DNA of 64,000 nt from Phoronis australis (taxonomy: Eukaryota > Animalia > Phoronida). Under the pieces are notes generated by a model, which saw only the letters and a list, made by a program, of their open reading frames with translations, did no database searches and was not told the origin of the DNA. The position numbers were made by a program, and so were the translations under genes. The stretch lies in NCBI GenBank assembly GCA_002633005.1, contig NMRA01000681.1:62001-126000 (forward strand), written 5' to 3'. Each line of letters opens with the position of its first letter. Position 1 is the stretch's first letter. Below are positions 14,810 to 27,800 of the stretch, piece after piece.

Positions 14810-15505
14810 AATTTGTTCTACAAAACAGCAAAAGGCAATATTACATTTACAAGTGTCATTTTAGTTGCACGCGACTAGCTGGTTTTGAAGTCCTGGGCAA
14901 GTCAATGTTTTGAAGTCCTACCAACAGCATGTCGAGCATATTTTGCTCTAACCATAGAAATTTAAAAAAAAACTACAGCACAGACGAAAACGAGTCAAAA
15001 TATGGTCAAGTGTCAAAATGCATTTCATGGTCTACTTCTCTGAGGCTCTTACACTGTGAGTGTTGTTATACTCCTTAATTGGTAACTCCTTTTCCCCTGT
15101 CGAGTAAGGCTCGTGATATGAGATTATTGCCAGTAAAAGAGAAGTGAAGGTTTCAGTTGAAAAATTTACTATGAACATCAGCAAAAATGAGGATTACTGA
15201 AAATACGAAGCAGTTTGGCGCTACGCCGTAGCAGTACAGAAATGGCAAAAATACGTAGTAAATACATAATCCTGTATTGGTCGACATGTGTGGACCAATA
15301 GTTGATTCCTCGAGTTTTGACAAGATTGCAGCCCTTCCAAATGTGGCTTATTCAAGCCTTGAATCAAGGACTTGAATAACAATTCATGTAGTTTCAGTGC
15401 AGACATAACTACTACTGACGTTTTGTGTTATTTCTACTAAAAGCACAACCGATTACTAGCTTGCCACATCGACTTTAAATAAACATTTTACTTAGGGCTA
15501 CTTAC

Positions 15506-15878
15506 CTACCAGACAAAACTGATTGTCATTTACAACACCACTAACGCCGGTACTGGTGAACAGCCTGTACACTCGATAGAAATGTGCGAAACCTAGGAAC
15601 ACCTAGAACTTGGAAGACCGGCACGCCATAAGAAGAATACCGTAATTTCAGTATTATCATCTCATTTTACATTGGCTTGGTTAAGAATTCATTGCTCGGT
15701 GATAAGTTCTAGCATGATTGCGAAACTGTTTACTTGGTGATTTACTTCCCCTGAAGAACAGTTGTAGCTGCCGCCTCCTAGCGTATACTTCAAGAACTGC
15801 CTGTTGCTGTTACTCGGTAGGCTGTCGGCGTAAATTAAAATATAACTCTTGATATCACCGTGAGATTTCACCGAAATG
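15506..15878. promoter_or_regulatory. Putative bidirectional promoter between STOML1 (-) and the USP gene (+)
   Basis: Minus-strand donor AG|GTAAGT at 15506/15505 would pair with the acceptor just 5' of the STOML1 ATG exon (~14818). A plus-strand ATG|GTAAGA lies at 15876-15884. The region is relatively CpG-rich. TSS positions are not determinable. Confidence 0.5.
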
Positions 15879-18800
15879 GTAAGATAGTTGATGTTTATTT
15901 TTACGTGATATTTGTTTACTTTTATTATCATGGTACGCACGTGCTCTCAGTAATGCAATGCACGACGGCCAGTCAAAAGTCCGTTTGCCGATTGGCATCA
16001 GATTGGGATTGGGTTCACCGTTCACTTATGTCTTAGGCCTACTAATACTTCTTCATCGGACCATAAGTTTTCTCGTCTTCATTCGTGATGTCTTAGCGGT
16101 TATTTGTCAAAGTGGGAACTATTATCAGTGTTCTGTCAGGACACGGGTACAATCACAGGTCGTTCGAGTCCTTAGGCTTACTTCGGCTTCGTTCGTGTCA
16201 TCGCCTAGGCCTAGAGCACACAGGACTACCATAAGTGAGGCCTTAACCATCGAATGATTGTAGCCCAGTCACCGACACACTAGGCCAAAACAGCCGTTGT
16301 CAAAATCTCGGCAACAATGTGTTAGACTGAGACAAAATGAGTACCTTTTCATTATTGACACTTCTATGTAGTTGTTGACATTAATTGTTGTGTTGCACTT
16401 TGCTTGGGTTTGTGATGTCAACATTTTCTATTGATCTTATCAGGGGGTAAACTGATACTAAGTATAATTCAACTCACAAGATTAAATGATGTTCACAAAA
16501 TAGTTATTAAAACACATTTGGCATCAGCAGATAAGTGTTTTAAGCATCTATTGCTAAATTGAATCCAGCAATCGACATGTAAATCTTCAAATACAATTTG
16601 CCATAGTGTCGGTAGATATTGCTAATACATGGATTGTCAGCTGGAAGTTTATTTTGACAAATTTCGAACATTAATAATAAGTAGTTTTTGGCTGTGTGTG
16701 AAAAAAAATCAGTTTTGACTGTTATTTCATACAAAAGAAGAAAGCAATTTAGTGTGTGTGTCAGGGATGTTGTCTGCAGAAAGCTAAACTTGACTATAAG
16801 TCAGCTAAATAAAAAATAATTTCATGCTTTGATTTTAAATTCTGATTACCGCTAATAATTTATAAGCCTACTCATTGAAGGAACACTTCCAATCAACTCA
16901 TTTGGTGATAGTCTGAGCTTGGGTCAATGACATTTCAATGAATCAACTCATACATAATACAGGTTGTGTCACCTGTGTAACCTGTTATGTAATATAATGT
17001 TTGAATGACATAATCTTGTTTGATGGCTTACTCTTGAACACTTAACCTGTTGACCTGTAGGTCTCTTTAGGCATGCTCATTTTGTGGTTTCTCTAAACTT
17101 AATCCTGTTCTACATGAACAAATGTGAACATATGAAGTTAGCTCAGCTAGTGCTCAGTCAGCCACCTGTTAAATGTGTACCAGAGTCATCTGGTTGAGGT
17201 CCATAAATTCTATTATTATAGTAAAGATCTCACATGACCCATACAAAGTGTATCCAACTAAAATGCATTGGTTGCTTTTGGCTTAGTTATTTAGATTGAG
17301 AGGATGTTTATTAGCTAGAGTCCTTTCATTGTATTTTTAGTTATGTAACATTTTAGAATAGGATGCTCTCTTAAACATATTGCTTAGACTTAAACTAATT
17401 TTAGATGGTAGGTTATGAGTTCTTAGCTCACCTGGATGTATTCCTTATTGCTAAAACAGTTCTGCATTATGCGACTGCTTTGCAAAGGACTCAGTTTTGC
17501 TTCTAGTTGAAAGCTGGGTCTCTCTCCCATATAGAAGGGGTAGTGTATTACCAACTGAGAGGACTGAATGTTGCCTTGGCGTTAACTCAATAAGGGTTTT
17601 CATTTTTTGTTAAATGTCCCCTCCTGGAGCCCCCAACTATTATTTGAAAGAGGTGATATTATTAAAGTTGTGTCTTACTGACTTCACTGTTTATATAAGT
17701 TTCACAGTTGTGTGACATTCTTCTGACCAAGCCATGGCACTTTGCTGTTGCAGCTCCAAGTTTACAAAAACACAGTTCTTGAAATAGCATTGACCTTGTT
17801 TCAAAACAGCTTAAAATGCTTATCATGTTGAAATGTGAGCCTTTTGGGGGAATGAGTAAACTGTATCAGCATGTGGATTGTAGAGTATGAAGCAAACCAG
17901 TACTCTTATCCATTGTCTACAGGTGGTGTTCTTTACTGTCTAACTGTTTCAATGCCAACAAACTTGCAGGTTTTTGTTTCCAATTAATATGTTTTTCTCC
18001 TGTGTTAAATGGGAAATGTTACGGACAAATTTTAATAAAATTTACAGTGGGTTGGGATGGGTCCAAGATCGTGTTGAGGTCACAGGACCAGCATTATGAG
18101 GCACTTTCGATCACCAGTCATCAGGTGGCGTGACAAGAGTTGGCTGGGGTCACCTAGAACTGCCTAACACCATGCTGTGGAAATCGATGAAATTCCGTGG
18201 CTAATTTTCTAATTGGCTTTACAGAAAGAAATTAGTCGATGATAAAAGTGTAAAAAATGACATTTCTTATTGTCTTTTTTGAGCTAAATTGCAGCAAAAT
18301 TGCCACTGTGATCTATTCCTGGAACTAAGTACATTTACTTGTTGGTTGAAGGAATGCGGAATTCTAAAACAAGCAACTAAATGTCTCCCGTAATCAATGA
18401 CGTCTGTATTGTAGTTAGGAAATTTATCAGAATGAAGCATAATTTTGTTTGGCTAAGCAATAGCCATTGATTGCATGTCAAGTGGTCTGAGAATGGGAAG
18501 TTGAATATTGATTTCACATTGTTCTATTACCATACCAAGTTGGAATGAGTTAGAGATTCGATTACAATTTTTTTACAAGCTGAATGTCAAAATATTAAAT
18601 TCTATCTTTTGAAGATCAACAGTTGGTTTTGGATCAAATTTTGATGAAATACACGATGCTCTGATGAAGTGCAACTGTAGACTTGCTTGGCAGAAAACAG
18701 CAAAGCCAGTTGCATGCATGTAAAAGCCTGCAGGTAACAGGATCATGAACTATGACATAGGTCAGCACCACCTCTCTAACATTTAATATAAACCTACTGG

Positions 18801-21800
18801 GGGGGGTGTACAAGTAATGAATCCTTGGTGCAATACCTGGTGCATTCCCCCTGTATTAAGCAGTAAGTGGTAAAGCTTGTATTCTGCACACAAGTCATGA
18901 TGATTTCATGACCCAAGACTTGACAGCTACTTTTGGAAATAGTAGAACATGAAGACTACTTGCAATAGTTTAACATTTGTCTTGTAAACTGATTACTATC
19001 GTATTAAAAGGCAAGTTGGACTGGAAATATTTTTTAATCTAAAAAACAAACCAGACCAAGTTCTAAGCAACAGGTCAATCCCATCAGCGCCAATGTAATC
19101 TTGGTGTCCTGTTAACACCATGCTGGATGTTTGTTCATATATATGCATGTCTGTTGTCCCCAAGGGATGTTTGTGCCCTGTATCAAGGATACCTTTAAAT
19201 TGCTGTCTGTGTAATCATGGGTCTGCTTCCTGCATCCGGTTTTTTGAAAATCCTTTAACTGTTGGGAGTCAAGTGAGTGTGAAGCCTACACTGTGCAACA
19301 TGTCGATTGTTGACAGGTCTTTGCCTATACCAAGGGAGCGCAACACTCAAAGGCCTAAGGTAATTTCACTTAAGGTGGCAACCTGTCTTCTATCATGTAA
19401 AACAACTTTTGATTTAGACCAGTTATGGTTATGAAATAGGTCTCAAACTGCTCATTGGTCAGTGTGTTCTCAAGTAATAACAAGAACAGAAGTAACTTCT
19501 CATCTGATAAGAACAAATTGAAACTAATTTTGTGGTGGTAATTGGTGTTAATGAATAGTTTGTTGTTTCGATTTTAAAGATGTTTTAGCCAAGTGAATCA
19601 TTTTGCAACCAACAGAGATTATGCCATACATGCGTGTACCCTGAGGGGGGCTCGAATTCCTGACGTGGACATTTTGCTAACAAAAGAGCCGGCGGACTAA
19701 AAAAAAACAGGAGCGCCACTGTGAATTGCGTGTTTGCGCTTATTTAGTGGACTTTTGTTCCATTTTCACGGACTTTTTTTGTCTCTGAGGGGCGGACATT
19801 TTTTGCCCACTTCGCCAAATGGGGAGGCTCATTCGAGCTTCCCGAGCCCCCCTGGGTGCGCGCATGCCATAGAGAAGCACCGTTATATTAGGCCTAGTCA
19901 GACCACTGGTAGATAGATTTGGTGATTAATCACCACGTTTTGGTGATTCTAATTCCTGGTAATCTTTTTTAACTAAATGCTATTGTTAGTAGACAGTATA
20001 CATATGTGCTGAAAATAGTTGAAATGTGAATGTTCACACTCCAGAATTATCTGTTTTCTTGCTAGGACAGGAAGGCTTATTTTACTGTCTTCAACACAGT
20101 ACTGTTATTGTCTGACAGTTGTTTGAAATGAATAAGCTAATTTGCTTATTGTCCTTGTCTTGATAAGCAATATTCTGTGCACTTGATACTAAAACACGAG
20201 AGAAGACCCCCTGGATTTCATAGTTGACAACACTTGACAACATCAGACAGTGAGTCATCCCTTGTAGTATGGGATGCAGGATTATAATGCGGCATGCCCA
20301 CTTCCCAGGCTTTGCCCATTGCTACATGCTGCCCGTCACATATTCACATCTATGAATTAATATTCATCTTACCTGGCTCATTGTTTTTTATCTCTTTTCT
20401 CCTGATACACTTTGCCCAGAATCTGATTTATGTTATGTATGTACTTCCGTAAGTTTGTTTACACTGAGTGAGGTGTACCTATATAAGTTTGGAAACATGC
20501 CTAGTCTTTTTCATATTGAGATTAAGTTACAAGTTGTTCTGAAGCGCACTTTTCAGTTGTCTTTGCACGATTTTAAGTGGTGTGAAATGCCTCCCATTCA
20601 AGACAAATCATTACCTGTTCCTGTTGCTCGGGACACAAAAAGGAAGTTGAAGGTTAGCATTTTAGTCTTTTGTTAGATAAATTTGAAGGATTTTTTGTTT
20701 CGTTCTATTTTTATATTGTTTTGCTCTTGCTCAACCTTGAATCTCGTTGCCCTCTGAGTACTAACTGTGCCATTGATTAATGATCAATTTCTATTCACAA
20801 CCAGAATTCCGCTCTATTTTTTCAATTAAATGTATTTGATAGGCAGGCATTGCCAAGACATGTTGTCTACCCAACTGAACACTGCATCATCACCTAAAAC
20901 CTTAGATAATACTATAATCAAGGAGTTTTCAATATCTATAAGTCCATGGTGTGAAATAAGAATCTTCAAAGCCCTCAGTGTTCATCCTGAGCTTTAGCCA
21001 CCCAACAACCATACTTTTTGTGATTAATGTTTTGTTTGATGATATTTTTTATTGTTAAAACATAAGTGTGGAGAGAGCAAGCCTTTAATTTCTTTGGTTA
21101 CTAGGTAGTGATGCAGACTGATTTATTGAGTAATGATCAGTTTGTTGCCTGATGATAGATTTTCAGTCTTGCATGTATTGTGCCCTGCAAAAATGTGAAA
21201 TCCTGTCTACCAATTCTGGTCTATTCAAGGAAAAGATCCTTCAGTTGTCACTTCGTTTATGAATTTGTGCTAGAATGATTTGCATTTTAAACAGCAATTG
21301 TTGGTCAGAATAATTGAGGGCACAAGATACAGAGTGCCAGCAATAAACTAGGTCACTGACTCAGGTCAAATTTGTCGACCAAGTTGGCTGGAAAAAACGT
21401 TTAGTCTCCCTTGTGACTTGCAAAACTTGTTTACCTGGGGTATTGCCGTATGTGTAAATAGCATTGGTTATATAGATAGTCTCAATCTGACTCAGTGAGA
21501 TCTGATAAATAGTGATAAAGTATGCTGTGATCTGATGAAATATACCTGAAGTACGTAGTTTGATTTACAATATGTTGTTGTTTACAAACCAGGAAAGGTA
21601 CTTAGTGAACGTAGGAATAAATACTGTGACGTTATTTATTACCATAAGAGAACACTTTGCATGTACTCTTGTGCTCATGACGCAAAACATTGATCAAAAA
21701 ATTTCTGTCGCTTCTGTATCACATCTTAGTTCATCAGGCAGCTCTGTTCAAATATGGTTGATGCAAGTGTTATAAATAAATGATAATTTATCAGACAAAA

Positions 21801-24800
21801 AGACATCTCTCTGGCAAAAACAGAAAATTACCATAGTAACCGGTGTGCTAGGTTCACAAGATACTGGCCATGGACTGTGTGCTTGAGCTGAAGGAAGTGA
21901 ACCACTTTTTGCTCAGGCTTAATGTAATTTGTGTGTGATTAATGACACGAGGTGTCGGCTTACCTAATAAATGACTGATATCAGTATCAAACTACTGGGA
22001 ATAGTGATATTGAAACTGAATTTTACTTCACAATTTTCCAAAACGATAAGAAATAGCACCAAATACCATTTTCAAGCTTTGACCATCCGACGTCTTTGAA
22101 AATTGAAAATGACTGTTATAGCAATTAGTTTTGTACGAAATTGGCAGAATTTTGTTGAGATTTTACCTTAAAACAATGTTGAGATTTTACTGTAAAAAAC
22201 AATTGTTGAAATTTTACTGTCCAACAGTTGATGAGATTTTACTGTACAACAATTTTTGAGATTTTACTAGTTACCTGATTCAAAAGGTAAGATAAGGTTG
22301 TTTCTAGCATGATGCTGTTGTTTTTTCAAAAATAATCACTATTCATGTTAAAGTTATTTTTAAACTGTTCTTTTTGTCTTATTTATGTATGACGTCCAAT
22401 TTGGGAATTATGTGAACCATTGAAAGTTATAATGTTGGCTCCAAAAGTAACAGACCTTCATTCAGTAATTCTACAAATATACTTAGGTGCATGGGCTCAT
22501 ACTGTGTATGGGTTAGCCGTTTTTCATAGATAACTGGTTAGTATTTCTATCTCTGTGGATGTCTAAGTTTAGATAGATTGTTATTTTGCTAGGATTACAG
22601 AACTCCGTGCTCTATACTCAAATAAGCTCCAGTATTTTAAAATTACAGGAATCAGATTTGTACTGTGAGGTATGATCTTTCACACTAACTATTAAAATTT
22701 TAGAATTAAAATCAGTTATAAAATGCTTAGTACTTTCCTCAGTAATTATTCCTGATTCAATGAACCATGTTTATGCTAATTAGACAAATTTTGGGAAGAA
22801 TTCCAGACCCACTTTTTGTTACAATAAAAATTCAAATTGTTGCAAATGTTGAAAAATTTACCAAATGTTCGTTAATAGCTACGCCATTGAAGAAACTGTG
22901 CTAAAAGAAATTGAAAATGAATTTTCCTGAACTGTTACTTTTGTTGAGAAAATGGACAATATGAAATTTCACCTGTCCTCCATTGTGTTCCAAAATGAAG
23001 ATTTTACTCCACTAAGGCTGTTATATGCGGTACATGTAGACTGACTAAAGCCAAGTGACATCATTCAAAATACGACCAACCAGAACATCTCATGTAGTGA
23101 AACCTAATTGTTTCTTTCCAAAAGGTGATGTGATTTGACAGAATTTTGTGGATTTGTTCTGACTGATGTAGCCAGATAGTTTTCAACATCAAGGTGTTTA
23201 TAAATAGTCTCAGATACTGCTAGACCAGTAGGCCCTAAAGCAGAATTGGGAATGGTGATGAGATTAACCCTAAGTAAGGTTGACTGCATTGCGTGTGTCT
23301 ATTCATGTGTATTTTATAGAATCATATGTGCTCAGACTTATCATACTCACTACAAGAAGTTTGTGTGCAAAACCATGTGTAATATGTTACAAATCGTTGA
23401 GAAATCATAGCTGTGGGATTGTTACCAAAAATAGTGAGGCTTGGGTTTCTGCTGCGTATCTTGCCTGAGGCTGTGTTATGTGTCAATACAACAAGATAAG
23501 AAAAGATGCGCACTGACTTATTGATGCCTTCATCACTTTGGATGTGTTCACAAGTTGATAAGTTCTAAATAATAAAACTGTGGAAATTAGAATCACTTAT
23601 GGATGTCATCTCATGTTTTCCTTAGAACTACCAGCTTTGATCATTTTTGTGCCTTGGTATGTGCTAGTTTTTTCATGGACCCCAACAAATTGAAGTGGAC
23701 AGTAAAAAATCTTGAGGTTTGAGATTCGGAGCAAACATAGTACATGCGTACATGTGTACTTTGAGACCTATACAGTCATAACTAAGGACAGGTTCAGCGC
23801 TTCCATGTGTTGCTTCAAAATCTGCTCACCAAAGTGTTTTAAAAATAATGTCGTGAACATTTTATACAATTGTGTTATTTTTAGTAAAAAGCATGTCTTA
23901 TCAATTGCAAGACCTACGATTACTATAGCATAAATTGTGGATATTGACAATAATGTTAGAAGCTTTTAAAAACTGGAAAAAAATCAATTTTGTTAATTCC
24001 ATATTTTCATAGTTGTTGAGATTTTACTGTCAGGCCTGGTTTGCCTTGACACACTTGTGTCAAATACTGTAGAAATTATGTATGTTATATCTGAAATTGG
24101 CCAGTTATCAGTAAATAAACTTTGAAGTTTGACTGTACAGTTAAAAAACCTGAACTATTCAAGCTACTCTGATAAGTTGTCTGGTAATCATTACTCTATT
24201 GTTCTTGTGCCTTCCTAATTACCAGGTGTTTGTCCTGGGGATTGTGATGGGGATTGAAGTTAGAGAGATATATATATCTCGAAAATATAATTGTTGTTGG
24301 CATGTATTTTAGTCATGTTGTAATATACAAAGTTAAGGTTAGAAGTGAAAGTAAAATTCAAAGCTGTGAGATTTCTCATTGCCTTGACATGCTGTCAAAT
24401 TACCTCTGCTGTGTTTTGTTGCATCACCTGATAACAAATCTTTCTCATTCAGACTTATTGTAATGATGGGCACTGCATTTATGTTCTTAAAAACAGGTCA
24501 GTGAGCATTTTGCTCGCTTATTTTGCGGGTAACCAACATTGAGCTATGAACTGAGCTACAATTCACTTGAGGACAGCAGCTCAACCCCAGCTTCTTATCT
24601 GGGATCACCCTTATTCGGTTTTTAGTGTGCCGGGGCTGTCCTGGGTACATGAGTGAGACAACTCTTACGCTAACATTTGGAGTTTTGTTTCTCCAAGGTC
24701 TAAGTGAGCCTAAGCCAGACTGTGACTTACCCATCTTAATCGATTCACAAATTAATACTCGCGATGCTGAAGAAAACCTATTTGATAATTTCTCTCATAA

Positions 24801-27800
24801 TGTATCAATTTTAAAAATTCAAAAACTGCTGTTATTTACTGTTCATTTTTAAAAATAGCCGCCATGGTTGTTTGGCATACTTATTGTTCGTTTTATGACT
24901 TTGAAACTTGTACGCTAATCTGGCGTGTTGGTTTACGACCGAAATGTCTCATCAAACTCGTTCAGCCTTGCCCATGAATAACAACTAGCTCATTTCAATC
25001 TGTGACGATGCCACCAAGCCTTAGGTGTGCCGCGGAATGCGCTGGTTACAGTGCACGTTGTCTTATCCACTTGTGTACTAGTCCTGTTAGCGTAAGATTT
25101 GCCTAAATGTAATGAAAAGATTTAAATACCATTCATATAATCATTGCTTGCTCATGGAATAAATGTTAGTTGGTCAGTGACTCCCTGATCCTACAAAACC
25201 TACATTTTGAAACAATATGCTTGTTTGTGAAATAGAAATTCATTTTTTGAAAGTATGGGCAATTATAGATTGTAAATTATCATTTTCTAATATATGTGTT
25301 TTTGTCTATTATTCATTTCATCAAGAGATTAAGACAAAAATGTTCACACTGCAGGGCAGAATACCATTAATTTGAAAAAATCTGTTCATTTGGTGCCATA
25401 AAATCTTACTAATTTAGGATACAATATGGTGGCCAAAAAAAATTTGATTTTAAATTTTTTTCTTAAGTGATACATAGTATCTAAATATTTCTTTCTGGCA
25501 TTCAAATTCTGTACTGTACCTGGCAACAGATATTTTGAAAACAATGTGCACTTGCAATGTTAGGAGCTTTTGGAAATTAAATAGCACAAATTTGGCAATT
25601 TTTGTACAGAATTGGTGAGATATCAATATGTATGGCACTTAAAACAGTTCATGGAACATGTTACATCATTCAGATGTGCTGGCTGGCAGTTGCATGATCT
25701 GTCATTGTGCAGTCTTGTGAATCATTCACACTGTTTCTTGTGAGTTTGATTGGGTTGACTATCTAATCTCTCACATTGTCTGTGATGATGCATCTCTGAG
25801 ATAGGGGTCTCCACCAGTGTTAAGGGCATTTGAACTTTTTATGGTGGTGAAAACGGTTTTGTGTGAATTTTGTGCTTGCAAAGGAATCGAGGCAATTTAA
25901 CATTTGAGAATCAAGTGATCTGTATCTTGACATTTCAACTGGCATTCATTAAAAGGTAAATAAGACATTTACACTGCTTCATAACTGTAAACAAAACCTC
26001 TCTATAAACTACTTAGTGTTAGAAATTAGACATTTGGTAAGTTGAACAAGCTGTTTATCTATCATTTCAATTAATTCATTCTTATAGACAATTATAATTG
26101 TTCATTTGAAAATGTTATAACTTATATTTCTCTGTTTACCAAATCTTCAATTTGTCAAGTTTAGTTTTCGCTTTTTCTACCCCTAGGTGGAACCACTAGC
26201 TTATCACTTATTTTTTGCTGAAAGATGGCATCACTGATAGCTGTCTAGTTGGTGGTTTTGTTGATATATTGTCAACAACTTTGTGCCGTCAGTTGGACAA
26301 TCCTTGGGGCCCGGGGGGGGGGGGTGCCAATTTCATAAAAAAGAACCTCCCCTATCACTTACAATGTCGCCTGTCTTTACATTTTGAAAGAATTTGGAAC
26401 TGACGTGATCCTGTAACAGTTCAAATATATTCCAAAAGTCGGTCCAATATTTGTGCTGGAAATCAAAGTTGAAATTATAATATTTTATATTTTACTAAAT
26501 TGTACAATCCAAAAGAATGTCTATTTTGTGTGATGGAATATACTGATACATTAAGTGTCTACTTCAGGTAAAAACTCAAAATTTCAAGTAAAATTAGTTC
26601 AGATTCAAACTTTTAATCGTAAAGATGAAGGCAGCCTTTTGTCATGTCATTTTTAGTAAAATATGGCTATTTGATTATCCCAGACATATGTTTCAGTTAA
26701 TTACGGCTTCACCATAATGGTAATTTTATTAATTAGTTGTGCCCTGCTCCGGAAGTGACGTTTAAGGGTTAAAAATTTCCCACCATTTGAGTTTACTGTG
26801 AGGATCTGTTATACTGTTGTTTTCATGCTGGTTTCCTAAATTTGTCGTCTTCACTTCTAATCGACTAGTATTCCACAAGGTACGTTGTTAGAGAAGTCAA
26901 TTTTGTTGGATATAGGAATCATTTAGTTTGTAGTAGCCAGAAACTGGTTGGAGTTTTCGACACATATCACAAACACAGTGACGTGGTGACGAGGAATTTT
27001 TTCACGAATAGTCACTGGGTGGATATATATTTGAGCCCAAGTTTAGTAAGGCAGAATACACACAGACAACTGTTGAGAGGTATGAGGCAGAGACTGAGGA
27101 CAGACGTGGTGGGATGTTTTGGTCCAACTGCACCGTGTGCACTGTTATGCCGACCTCAATGGATACCCGTGCTGTCTCCACTTGCTTACATCCCGCCGTG
27201 TGATTCCCTCGCCACACACCTGAAACCTTCTAAATAGGTCAAATACTTTAGTCAAGTCCATGATTAACTTATCAAAGTTTGGCTCACTGGCCTGTTCACT
27301 GGACGACGAACTGTCCTCTTCACTGGGTATCGAAATGTGCCTGTAGTCACTCCCACTACTTGACATCTCTGCAGGGTTGCTTACAGGCCCTGGGCTGGAG
27401 ACAATGCCAGCACAGGATGAATCACTGCTAGTTACAGGAATTGCATGCTCTGGGGTACATTCGGAGGTACGGGTGACATTAGATGAAGGAGCTCCAGTCA
27501 GCTGTAGAGGTCGCAGCTCGCAAGGCTTCTTGCTTCAAAAATGCACTCCTCGCGGGTGGCGATGGGGCGCTGCCAGGAATCAACAGCATTGTTTTGCAGG
27601 AACGTCCGCGTACATATCTCTTTCGTAATCCGACGGCAAAAAATCCTTGCCACACACTCGGTAATTCTCCTAGGCTTTGGACGTTGTGTGGACGGTAACG
27701 CTGAGTTCTTCACACGAACCAATTTAAGTACGTTGGAGTGTGTCATCTTTCGGAAAGCGATGTAATGGCACACAAAAGCACGTGAGACGATAATGATTAC